From Octopus bimaculoides (lineage: Eukaryota), in the NCBI RefSeq assembly GCF_001194135.2, contig NC_068986.1, forward strand, positions 105,891,701-105,955,084: a DNA stretch of 63,384 nt. The letters are read 5' to 3'. The notes under the pieces were generated by a model. That model had not been told where the DNA came from, did not search any database, and saw only the letters and a list, made by a program, of their open reading frames with translations. Position 1 is the stretch's first letter. Every line of letters starts with the position of its first letter. The translations under genes were made by a program, and so were the position numbers. This document shows, piece after piece, positions 51,132 to 63,384 of this stretch.

Positions 51132-51573
51132 CAAAATATTCTATAATATATGCATAATTATAATCAAGGGTCAGCTAAGTGCTTCACCACGTACCGAAAT
51201 TAGAAATAGACGCTAATGTCTTTTCAACTACCATAAAAATCTGAGACAATAACACACATTTTTATATAGGCAAAAAGAAAAATAATGAATCCATACGACT
51301 TTGGTTAACCACAGATGCGTTTTGAATTTAAAGTAAATTATATTTACCTATTATTCTACTCTGTGTGATACTCCGAGTTATAAATTTGCGAGTGTTAGGA
51401 TTAAATATGTACGTACGGATTCATCATTTTTCTTTTTACCAACATAAAAAAAGTGTGCTATTGTCTTGGAGATTTTTATGGTAGTTGAAAAGACATTAGT
51501 GTTTATTTCTAATTCAGTACATGGTGAGGCACTTAGCTGATTATAATTATGTATATAATTATAGAATATTTTG
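51132..51573. mobile_element. MITE/foldback-like element with ~165-bp imperfect terminal inverted repeats
   Basis: 51132-51297 matches the reverse complement of 51412-51573; AT-rich ~115-bp spacer; no ORF. Confidence 0.7.
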
Positions 51574-54524
51574 TATATGTATATATATATATATATATAT
51601 TTGTTCTTCACTGTTCTTATTCTAGTGAAGAACGAATATATAGTGTGTGTGTTTTTTGGCAAAAATAAAAAATGAGGCATATAATTACATATACTGTTCA
51701 CAGCAAGAAATTACTGTGGCTGTGTGGTAAGTAGCCTGCTTACGAACCACATGGTTCCGGGTTCAGTCCCACTGCGTGACACCTACTATAGCCTCGGGCC
51801 AACCAGAGCCTTGTGAGTGGATTTGGTAGACAGGAACTGAAAGAAGCCCGTCGTATATATGTANNNNNNNNNNNNNNNNNNNNNNNNNNNNNNNNNNNNN
51901 NNNNNNNNNNNNNNNNNNNNNNNNNNNNNNNNTATATATATATATATGTATGTATGTGTATGTGTGTGCATGTTTGTGTCTGTGTCTGTCACCCCAACAT
52001 CGCTTGACAACCAACGCTGGTGTGTTTAGGTCTCCGTAACTTAGCAGTTCGGCAAAAGAGACCAATAGAATAAGTAATAGGCTTACAAAGAATAAGTCCT
52101 AGGGTCGATTAGCTCGACTATAGGTGCTCCAGCATGGCCACAGTCAAATGACTGAAATAAGTAAAAGAGTAAACAGCATCCCAAAATACAACCAATGTTT
52201 CAACAAACAACTCCACATCAGGAATCTTGCAACACAAATTCATAAACATGTGTGTATATATACATATACATATATATATGTAAATATATAAAAACAGCTG
52301 TAAGACTCTATCCAAAAAATTCTTCAACCTTACCTTTGCTCTCTTTATCCCTTTGTTTTTATATATTTACACATACACACGCTAATACACGACTTATAAT
52401 ACCCAATCATGTTCATACAACGACTGGGGCAAACTAGTCGGTATACAGCACTTACTCGGTATTACCTGTATCCTCCGGGGTTTGGTTAAATCCAATACCC
52501 TCCTCAACCTTANNNNNNNNNNNNNNNNNNNNNNNNNNNNNNNNNNNNNNNNNNNNNNNNNNNNNNNNNNNNNNNNNNNNNNNNNNNNNNNNNNNNNNNN
52601 NNNNNNNNNNNNNNNNNNNNNNNNNNNNNNNNNNNNNNNNNNNNNNNNNNNNNNNNNNNNNNNNNNNNNNNNNNNNNNNNNNNNNNNNNNNNNNNNNNNN
52701 NNNNNNNNNNNNNNNNNNNNNNNNNNNNNNNNNNNNNNNNNNNNNNNNNNNNNNNNNNNNNNNNNNNNNNNNNNNNNNNNNNNNNNNNNNNNNNNNNNNN
52801 NNNNNNNNNNNNNNNNNNNNNNNNNNNNNNNNNNNNNNNNNNNNNNNNNNNNNNNNNNNNNNNNNNNNNNNNNNNNNNNNNNNNNNNNNNNNNNNNNNNN
52901 NNNNNNNNNNNNNNNNNNNNNNNNNNNNNNNNNNNNNNNNNNNNNNNNNNNNNNNNNNNNNNNNNNNNNNNNNNNNNNNNNNNNNNNNNNNNNNNNNNNN
53001 NNNNNNNNNNNNNNNNNNNNNNNNNNNNNNNNNNNNNNNNNNNNNNNNNNNNNNNNNNNNNNNNNNNNNNNNNNNNNNNNNNNNNNNNNNNNNNNNNNNN
53101 NNNNNNNNNNNNNNNNNNNNNNNNNNNNNNNNNNNNNNNNNNNNNNNNNNNNNNNNNNNNNNNNNNNNNNNNNNNNNNNNNNNNNNNNNNNNNNNNNNNN
53201 NNNNNNNNNNNNNNNNNNNNNNNNNNNNNNNNNNNNNNNNNNNNNNNNNNNNNNNNNNNNNNNNNNNNNNNNNNNNNNNNNNNNNNNNNNNNNNNNNNNN
53301 NNNNNNNNNNNNNNNNNNNNNNNNNNNNNNNNNNNNNNNNNNNNNNNNNNNNNNNNNNNNNNNNNNNNNNNNNNNNNNNNNNNNNNNNNNNNNNNNNNNN
53401 NNNNNNNNNNNNNNNNNNNNNNNNNNNNNNNNNNNNNNNNNNNNNNNNNNNNNNNNNNNNNNNNNNNNNNNNNNNNNNNNNNNNNNNNNNNNNNNNNNNN
53501 NNNNNNNNNNCCTTTGAATTACAAGTACAACAGAAACAGGAAGAAAGAGTGAGAGAAAGTTGTGGTGAAAGAGTACAGCAGGGTTCGCCACCATCCCCTG
53601 CCGGAGCCTCGTGGAGCTTTGGGTGTTTTCGCTCAATAAACACTCACAACGCCAGGTCTGGGAATCGAAACTGCGATCCTATGACCGCGAGTCCGCTGCC
53701 CTAACTACTGGGCCATTGCGCCTCCACACACACATCATCATCATCGTTTAACGTCCGCTTTCCATGCTAGCATGGGTTGGACGATTTCACTGAGGCTGTT
53801 CCGTTGATCGGATGAACTGGAACCCTCGACGTCGTAAGCGATGGAGTGCCAACATATATATATATATATATATATGCTTATGTACATATCTATACACATG
53901 TATGTATACACACTCAAACGTTCTACCAGTGTAGACTGAAGTTATTTAGCTGAGAGGAAGAATCAATAACAGTTTTGTTTCGCTTCCACAGACCCTTCTG
54001 TTGTAGCTTTAACAGGCAAAATAAAAACCAAAATAAACAAAAAAAGAAAAGTTGTTGGTCTGGCCCAGAATGAGAGCAATGTTGCTGCTCGGTGTTACAA
54101 ACAAATCTGCCACAAGAGATCTTTCAATAAGGATTATCAACTGTTTCTGTATTTCTTTCTTGGTGGTTTTTTTTTTTTCTTTTCTTATTTCTTTTTTTTT
54201 TTGTAAATGTAGTCCACTTGTTTTGTTAGATGGAAGCTCAATAATAACAACAACAGCAACAACAACGACAATGATAATGATGATGATGATGACGATAACA
54301 GTAATGATAAGAAAAAGCACAAACAAAGATAATGATAAATAAAAATAATGGTAACAAAAAACAAACAAAGACATCAACAATAAATTACAAAAAAAAACCC
54401 AAAAAACAAACGAGGGAAGGAAAGGAATACCATAATGATGATTGAACACAGCTAGTTTATTGTTTAAATTCTGAAGAGAGATTAATCACATGCAGCTTAA
54501 TTTTCAACTTGATTGAGAAGAAGA

Positions 54525-54526
54525 GA

Positions 54527-54564
<38 letters not shown>

Positions 54565-54660
54565 ACAATAACAATAATAATAATAATAATAATAATGATA
54601 ATAATAATAATGATAATAATAATAATAATAATAATAATGATAATAATGATAATAATGATG

Positions 54661-54727
<67 letters not shown>
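54525..54727. repeat. Compound (CTA)n/(AAT)n microsatellite
   Basis: Direct inspection; other long tracts at 25690-25829 (CTA), 32694-32779 (AAT), 41785-41900 (TAG), 29100-29165 (TA). Confidence 0.97.
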
Positions 54728-54729
<2 letters not shown>

Positions 54730-55325
54730 GAAAAAAAAAGAAAAAGAAAAATCAAGCTGTCATTTTTGGTTAGTTATAGGTATTATTAAAGAAAATTGGT
54801 ATCTGGCATTGCATTTCATTGGCTAGTTCTTTCTCGCTGAATTAAGTCTACGAGAGTGAATGCTAGATTTCAGATTGAAACAATTTTGCTTGTATCAATA
54901 ATGTCTTGGGAAAAGAATGGATGTCACAGCTTTCATGTTTAATTCTCTATAAATCTAAGCCCCACCCAGGAGAGAAAGAAAGAGAAAAAAAATGGAAATT
55001 AGAATTTATTGCTTAACCCTTTAGTGTTTGAAGTAATCATACCTGGCCAAAATATCCTACCTGTTTTATGTTCTAACCAGCTAGATCTGGCCTCTTGTGC
55101 CTACCCTACAATGTCATTCTCAAAATGAACAATCCCATTATTAAAATCTTAACTCTTTTGTTATTTCTTTTGAGATGCTCTGTGTTTCTTTCATTTAATT
55201 TTAAATATAACAAAAAATTTAGTAAAATAACTTGGTTATCATTTAAGCTAGTGTTAGGAACATAAATTGTGACTAAGGTTTGGTGGAAGATTTTAAATCA
55301 GAACTTATGAAAACAAGTTGTTACT

Positions 55326-55403
55326 GAATGGCAGATGGAACATTATAGTGAAGTTGAACATCTTATCTGGCCACCACAGTCCCCAGATCTCAATATTATC
55401 GAA
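55326..55403 (+). mobile_element. Tc1/mariner transposase fragment
   Basis: Translates EWQMEHYSEVEHLIWPPQSPDLNIIE, the WPxxSPDLNxIE motif of Tc1 DDE transposases. Confidence 0.8.
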
Positions 55404-58049
55404 CTGGCACCCATGCCAACGTCTTCATTGAACACTAAACTCGGCTTGCGAAGACCTGTTGGGGCAAGCGAAAGTGAAATCGTGATGGCACCAGTACCAG
55501 TAAATCACTAAGAGCACCGTCCAAGTGTGATCGTTGCCAGAGCACCAGCTGTCTGGCTTTCGTGCCGGTGGAACGTAAATAGCACCATTTGAGCATGACC
55601 GTTACCAACGTCGCCTTCCTGGCACTTGTGCCAGTGGCATGTGAAAAGACATTCAAGCGATGTCATTGCCAGTGCCACTGGACTGGCTTTTGTGCAGGTG
55701 GCACGTAAAATACACCATTTCNNNNNNNNNNNNNNNNNNNNNNNNNNNNNNNNNNNNNNNNNNNNNNNNNNNNNNNNNNNNNNNNNNNNNNNNNNNNNNN
55801 NNNNNNNNNNNNNNNNNNNNNNNNNNNNNNNNNNNNNNNNNNNNNNNNNNNNNNNNNNNNNNNNNNNNNNNNNNNNNNNNNNNNNNNNNNNNNNNNNNNN
55901 NNNNNNNNNNNNNNNNNNNNNNNNNNNNNNNNNNNNNNNNNNNNNNNNNNNNNNNNNNNNNNNNNNNNNNNNNNNNNNNNNNNNNNNNNNNNNNNNNNNN
56001 NNNNNNNNNNNNNNNNNNNNNNNNNNNNNNNNNNNNNNNNNNNNNNNNNNNNNNNNNNNNNNNNNNNNNNNNNNNNNNNNNNNNNNNNNNNNNNNNNNNN
56101 NNNNNNNNNNNNNNNNNNNNNNNNNNNNNNNNNNNNNNNNNNNNNNNNNNNNNNNNNNNNNNNNNNNNNNNNNNNNNNNNNNNNNNNNNNNNNNNNNNNN
56201 NNNNNNNNNNNNNNNNNNNNNNNNNNNNNNNNNNNNNNNNNNNNNNNNNNNNNNNNNNNNNNNNNNNNNNNNNNNNNNNNNNNNNNNNNNNNNNNNNNNN
56301 NNNNNNNNNNNNNNNNNNNNNNNNNNNNNNNNNNNNNNNNNNNNNNNNNNNNNNNNNNNNNNNNNNNNNNNNNNNNNNNNNNNNNNNNNNNNNNNNNNNN
56401 NNNNNNNNNNNNNNNNNNNNNNNNNNNNNNNNNNNNNNNNNNNNNNNNNNNNNNNNNNNNNNNNNNNNNNNNNNNNNNNNNNNNNNNNNNNNNNNNNNNN
56501 NNNNNNNNNNNNNNNNNNNNNNNNNNNNNNNNNNNNNNNNNNNNNNNNNNNNNNNNATTTGGCAGAGTTTCTACAGCTGGATGCCCTTCCTAACGCCAAC
56601 CACTCAGAGAGTGTAGTGGGTGCTTTTACGTGTCACCAGTACGAAGGCCAGTCAGGTGGAACTGGCAACGGCCACGATAATGAAAATAATTACAATGATG
56701 ATGATGAGAATAATAGTGACAATGAACACGACATGGTAATGATAATGAGGATATAAGCCATTGAAACAAATAGAGATTGGCAAAAAGCAAAACAAAAATC
56801 CCCCAAATTCCAAGCAAAACACAAGAACTCACTATATATATATATATATATATGTTTGTGTGTTTGTGTTTGTCCCCGCAACATCGCTTGACAACCGATG
56901 TTGATATGTTTATGTCCTCGTAACATAGCGGTTCGGCAAACGAGACCGATACAAAGAATAAGTCCTGGGAATCGATCTGTTCGATTAAAGGTGGTGCTCC
57001 AGCATGGCTGCAGTCAAATGACTGAAACAGGTAAAAGAATAAAAGAATACCTAAAGTAATTATAATTAATTTTCAAATTAGTGAAGAATCTGAAGGCATT
57101 TATTCCCGAATCGAATCCTTTTGTTATTGTATTTCAATTGAAATTCCACTGCTTTTGTTTCGATTAATAGTGGAAACAATGAAGGATTTAATAAAATAAC
57201 TCTGACATTATAAAGCTGGTGTTTGGAACACAAATTGATATGAAATTGTGATGGACAGTTTTAATTAAGATCATTTTAAAGTTTTTAAATAATTGGTATA
57301 TTTAGGTTGCAACTCAGAAACATAACTTAAGAAAAGGTTTTGACACAAAATTATGTTGGCTGGTTTTAAATTAAATATGAATTCCTTAATAGAGGTGGTT
57401 TTGTATCTAAGAATCAGAGATTGGCCCAAGCAGGGTGGCATTTGAAAAGGGTAGAACAAAGTATCAAGATGGACATTAAATGATGATGATGGTTATGATG
57501 ATGCATGTATGTGCATGTGTGTATCATCATCATCATCATCATCATTTTTACCATCATCACCATTATCATCATCATCTTCATGATCATCAGTCTACTCAAC
57601 AAGCAAAAATGAGTCCTACTTGTATTTCAAAAGGGCCAAACTCGTCACACTCTGTGTCACGCAGAGTCTCCCTGAGAACTATGTTAAGGATACACGCCTG
57701 TGGAGTGTTCAGCCACTTGCAAATTAATTTCACAAGCAGGGTGTTCCATTCATTGGATCAATTGGAATCCTATATACATACAATGGACTTCTTTTCAGTT
57801 TCCATCTACCAAATCCACTCACAAGGCTTTGGTCAGCCCGATGCTATAGTAGAAGACACTTGCTTTAGAATGGTGGCAGCTGATGAAGGAAATGTTCTCT
57901 ATGTGGCCTCTGTGTTTTCTGTACTCTGTTTATCATTGTGTCCACGTTTTTTTGCAACGTCCTGTACCCAGATATGCATCTATATATACATGTAGATGTA
58001 GGTATGTACATACATGTACGTATATATGCATATACTCATATATTATTTG

Positions 58050-58135
<86 letters not shown>

Positions 58136-61100
58136 ATATACATGATGGGTTTCTTTCAGTTTCTGTCTACCAAATCCACTCACAGGCCCTTGGTCAGCCA
58201 GAAGCTATAGTAGAAGACACTTGCTCAAGGTGCCATGCAGTGGTATTGAACCCAGAACCATGTGGTTGGGAAGCAAGCACCTTACCACATAGCCTCACCA
58301 GTGCCTAAGTCAACTGTATTTTAGAATTTGTCACATTTCTATGAAAGAAGGCCAAGGAGGAAGAGACATTATAAAAATCATGGCAAATTCAATACACCAT
58401 TGATTGAGAGCAATCTTCATTGTCAAAAACATGGTGTTTACACCTGAGACAGTTGTGCTGTCAGGTTGAAGTACTGTAAACACAGGAAGGAAAACACACT
58501 CATTGAATGAATAAAAGACAAATGAAATAGTACTGTAGGGTTTGTGATATTCAGAGCAGCAAAAGAGAAGTGCATTAACTGAAGGAGAGAGAAATGGAAT
58601 TCTATAGAAAGGAAAATGATTGGTCACTATTCCCTTACAAGTTGACATCTCTTTAACTAATCACACATGTACATGGGTGATTGGTTAAGAACCTTGCTTC
58701 TCAACAATGTGGTCTCAGCTTCAATCACACTGTGAGACACTTTGGGTAATATGTTATTTTTCTATAGAACTAGGCAAACTAAAGGCTTGTGAGTGGATTT
58801 GGTTGAGGAAAACTGAAAAATACCGGTTGTACATTTTTATTTTTTGTACATGTTTCGTGATGTCCTGTGCCCACACATGCATATATATATTGTCAGACAG
58901 ACCTTGATGACTGCTATAAAGCAAGAAAGTATACTAGTCCTTATATATATTTAATACTCAATATTTCATATATTCAATAAGACATTCGATACTTCATTTC
59001 ATTTTACTATTTATATTATATATTTCATATTCTATATCCCACATTAATTTTATAAGAATATAAATAAAACATAAAAAACAGACAGAGTTGGAATTCTTTT
59101 AAATAATATATATATACGTACAGATGTGAGTATGTACATATACGTATGTATATATGCATATATATGTATATGTATATATATTATATTTATATTACTATAT
59201 GATTGAATGCCACGCATCCTCTTCCAAGTAAGTTTTATCTTTTATATATCATCATCATCATCATCATCGTTTAACGTCCGCTTTCCATGCTAGCATGGGT
59301 TGGACGATTTGACTGAGGACTGGTGAAACCGGATGGCAACACCAGGCTCCAGTCTGATTTGGCAGAGTTTCTACAGCTGGATGCCCTTCCTAACGCCAAC
59401 CACTCAGAGAGTGTAGTGGGTGCTTTTACGTGTCACCCGCACGAAAACGGCCACGCTCGAAATGGTGTCTTTTATGTGCCACCCGCACAAGCCAGTCCAG
59501 GGGCACTGGCAACGATCTCGCTCGAAAATCCTACAGGAGCCAGTCAGGCGGTACTGGCAACGGCCACGCTCAANNNNNNNNNNNNNNNNNNNNNNNNNNN
59601 NNNNNNNNNNNNNNNNNNNNNNNNNNNNNNNNNNNNNNNNNNNNNNNNNNNNNNNNNNNNNNNNNNNNNNNNNNNNNNNNNNNNNNNNNNNNNNNNNNNN
59701 NNNNNNNNNNNNNNNNNNNNNNNNNNNNNNNNNNNNNNNNNNNNNNNNNNNNNNNNNNNNNNNNNNNNNNNNNNNNNNNNNNNNNNNNNNNNNNNNNNNN
59801 NNNNNNNNNNNNNNNNNNNNNNNNNNNNNNNNNNNNNNNNNNNNNNNNNNNNNNNNNNNNNNNNNNNNNNNNNNNNNNNNNNNNNNNNNNNNNNNNNNNN
59901 NNNNNNNNNNNNNNNNNNNNNNNNNNNNNNNNNNNNNNNNNNNNNNNNNNNNNNNNNNNNNNNNNNNNNNNNNNNNNNNNNNNNNNNNNNNNNNNNNNNN
60001 NNNNNNNNNNNNNNNNNNNNNNNNNNNNNNNNNNNNNNNNNNNNNNNNNNNNNNNNNNNNNNNNNNNNNNNNNNNNNNNNNNNNNNNNNNNNNNNNNNNN
60101 NNNNNNNNNNNNNNNNNNNNNNNNNNNNNNNNNNNNNNNNNNNNNNNNNNNNNNNNNNNNNNNNNNNNNNNNNNNNNNNNNNNNNNNNNNNNNNNNNNNN
60201 NNNNNNNNNNNNNNNNNNNNNNNNNNNNNNNNNNNNNNNNNNNNNNNNNNNNNNNNNNNNNNNNNNNNNNNNNNNNNNNNNNNNNNNNNNNNNNNNNNNN
60301 NNNNNNNNNNNNNNNNNNNNNNNNNNNNNNNNNNNNNNNNNNNNNNNNNNNNNNNNNNNNNNNNNNNNNNNNNNNNNNNNNNNNNNNNNNNNNNNNNNNN
60401 NNNNNNNNNNNNNNNNNNNNNNNNNNNNNNNNNNNNNNNNNNNNNNNNNNNNNNNNNNGTATATATGCATATATATGTATATGTATATATATACATATAT
60501 ATACAGGGTTGGCTAAAAGTCACCTGACAGTAAATTAAAACCATTTAATTCCAAGATTTATTTATGCTTAATCCATAAAGCACTGGGATTTGCACTTAGA
60601 TAGTATAGACTGCCAAGTACATTTTCTGAAAATGAGACTACCATGCACACATAAAAAACAAACATCTTCTTAGTACATAATGGTGGTAAGTTTTACATCA
60701 TCTGAAAAGTCATTAGATGAACTATTAGTCCTCTTGCATTCTGGGGGGTATTGGAGCATTTGAGTAACATTAGACCCCAACAAACGCCCATAAAGTAAAT
60801 GCATCTATCTGGGCCATGATCATGGCCTGTCGACCTGTGCCTGACAGCCACAATTGTGGCCCGTCGTGCTTCATGTGTTAACAATTGGATGAATTTAATA
60901 AAAGCATCTAAATATGAATAGTTGCTTTTCATATTTAGCATCCTTTGATGCTAAATAGATGCAATTTTGGGGCAGAGGTAAGTTGATTGCATCAACAACA
61001 TTACTCAAATGGTCCTTTATTTTATCGACCCTGAAAGGATGAAAGGCAAAGTCGACCTCAGTGGAATTTGAACTCAGAATTTAAGAACATATGAAATTCC

Positions 61101-61189
61101 GCTAAGCATTTTGTCCAGCTTGTTAACGATTCTGCCAGTCTGCCACCTTTCTTCAGACAAATATTGAGTATTTCTTACAAAAGTACAGC

Positions 61190-61325
61190 ACAACATATTT
61201 TTGAGGTGAGTAGAAGAGAAGGGGTGGGGCAGGGAACAATATGCGTAGGTGGGTGGACCTCAAGATATGAGGTGAGTAGAAGAGAAGGGGTGGGGCAGGA
61301 GAACAATATGCGTGGGTGGGTAGAT
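61190..61325. repeat. Two-copy ~65-bp tandem duplication
   Basis: GAGGTGAGTAGAAGAGAAGGGGTGGGGCAGG(A)GAACAATATGCGT occurs twice. Confidence 0.85.
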
Positions 61326-63384
61326 ATTGCAAAAGTGTATGGGGAGAGTGGGAGGGAAACATGCAAATGACAGGCTGAATCATCCTTATCTTTTACTTGT
61401 GTGAGTCATTTGACTGTGGCCATGCTGGGGCACCGCCTCAAAAAATTTTTAATCGAAAGAATTGAACCCAGGACTTTTTGTTTCTTTTTAAGCCTGGTAC
61501 TCATTCTGTTGATCTTGCCAAACCACTAAGTTACAGGGATGTAAATATACCGACACTGGTTGACAAGCAGTGTTGGGGGACATTCACAGACACAAAGACA
61601 TGCACACACACACACACACACACATCTGACAGGCTTCTTCCAGTTTCTGTCTACCAAATCCACTCATGTGGCCGAGGCTGTAGTAGAAGACACTTACCGA
61701 AGGTGCCACACAGTGGGACTGAACCTGGAACTATGTAGTTGGGAAGCAAGCTACTTACTACATAGTCATGCCTATGGCTGAGGAAAAAAATTAATAGATT
61801 AAAAAGAGAACGAAAATTTTATTTTTTATAAAAAGTGAAATTGTTTCTGTTTTATTTTTTTTTTCTAATTGAAAGTTAAAATAAAAAATAACTCTATAAT
61901 GAAATTTGTATTTTTCAGAAATACAAATTATCATTATTTTATATTAAAAATAAAAAAAAGTTTATAATGAAACATTTTGTATTTTACAGAAGTGAAAAAA
62001 AAAACCCCAGGTAAATGAGATTACAGTTACAAAAATGTATGCTTACAGAAATGAAAATTAATTTTTCTATTAGAAAAATATATTACAAATAAAAAAGTCT
62101 GCTGTCCAAGAAAAGAAAGTTAATTTTTTAATTAGAACTTTAAAAAGGTTATAAATAAAATTTGTATTGCCAAGAGATGAACAATAATTTCTCAAATTAA
62201 AAAAAAAAAAATAGTTATATTGAAAATTTTATCTTTTACAGAAAGGAAAATCAATAAATATCTAAGTATAAGAAACATGGTGTGTATAACTGACTCTTTG
62301 TCTGTCTGCCTTTCTTTGTCTCTAGCATCTTTTTCACCTGCTGTCTGTCCATCTTGGAAGGACAAGAATTAATAAAGGAAAAATTGCTATAAGAAAAATT
62401 AGAATTAAACAAACATACAAACAGTATGTCATTAAAATTTTGATGATGACAACATCGTATAATATATTATGAATGTGACACTGTGACACCACTATCAATC
62501 TATAATTTTTGACAGTACTTGTATGTTTGAATTTCAAATAACTCTAAATGTCAACTGCAAACATTTCTTTTTTTTGTTTTAATATTCCTTGCCTGAAATT
62601 GAAGAAGATCTTATATTCAAACCTGTCATCATCATCATTTTTTCCATGCTGGCATGGGTTGGATTGTTTGATTGGAGCTGGCAAGCCACAGGGCTATGCA
62701 AAGTTCTTCTGTCGTTTTTGGCATGGTTTCTATGACTAGATGCACTTCCTAACGCCAACCGTGTCCAGAGTGCATTTTTCAAGACACCAGCAAGATCACC
62801 AAGTAACTTGCAAGACAAAACTAAAACCCCATCAGATACAATAATTCTAATACGACCAGCGTTACCTTGCTGGCACTTGTGCCGGTGGCATGTTAGAAAA
62901 CCATTCAAGTGAGGTCGTTGCCAGTGTTGCTGGACTGGCTTTTGTGCAGGTGGCACATAAAAAACACCATTTTGAGCGTGGCCGTTGCCAGTACCGCCTG
63001 ACTGGCCCTCGTGCCAGTGGCAGGTAAAAGCACCCTCTACACTCTCGGAGTGGTTGGCGTTAGGAAGGGCATCCAGCTGTAGAAACACTGCCAGATCAGA
63101 TTGGTGCCTGGTGTGGCCTCCTGGCTTGCCAGTCCCCAGTCAAACCGTCCAACCCATGCCAGCGGGCTCACACCAGGCTCCACGCACATTAAACGATGAT
63201 GATGATATATATACACACACATACAAACAAATATATATATATATATATATTACACACACATATATTTAGAAACACACGCACACATATGTCTTTTATCTTT
63301 TATCTGTTACAGTCATTAGATTGCAGCCATCCTGGGCCACCACCTTGAAGAAATTCTAGTTGAATAAATTGACCCCCCAGTGTT

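Noticed and set aside
57870-58060. Repeat beginning GCTGATGAAGGAAATG (inverse copy near 12130-12300) as a possible ribozyme
   Set aside because: No stem II between CUGAUGA and GAAA; treated as an unclassified dispersed repeat
60500-60940. TACAGGGTTGGC Tc1-like end and adjacent 82-aa ORF (also a mariner-like end near 896)
   Set aside because: No matching second TIR or transposase motif identified with confidence

Overview
AT-rich, repeat-dense animal genomic DNA, most likely an octopus (inferred from the SINE/LINE families and microsatellite load), with about 10 N-gaps. I reconstructed two intron-rich nuclear genes for mitochondrial translation by hand, both on the minus strand and head-to-tail. 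GUF1 (mitochondrial EF4/LepA) has 17 exons from 46287 to the stop at 23042, about 626 aa, and its first coding exon was not found. RARS2 (mitochondrial arginyl-tRNA synthetase) starts at ATG 18540, has 10 exons in the window (318 codons) and continues off the left edge. The rest is SINEs, RTE, CR1 and R4/Dong-like LINE fragments, hAT/piggyBac MITEs, a Tc1 fragment and microsatellites. The most notable signal is a set of minimal type I hammerhead ribozyme motifs of the Penelope-associated kind. Two lie on the GUF1 sense strand in one 1.2-kb intron, and one of these sits at the apex of a 411-bp fold-back. Three more copies of another family lie at 48.5-51.0 kb. Nearly all ORFs in the supplied track are artefacts of gaps, microsatellites or repeats. 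All alignments and folds were done by eye.
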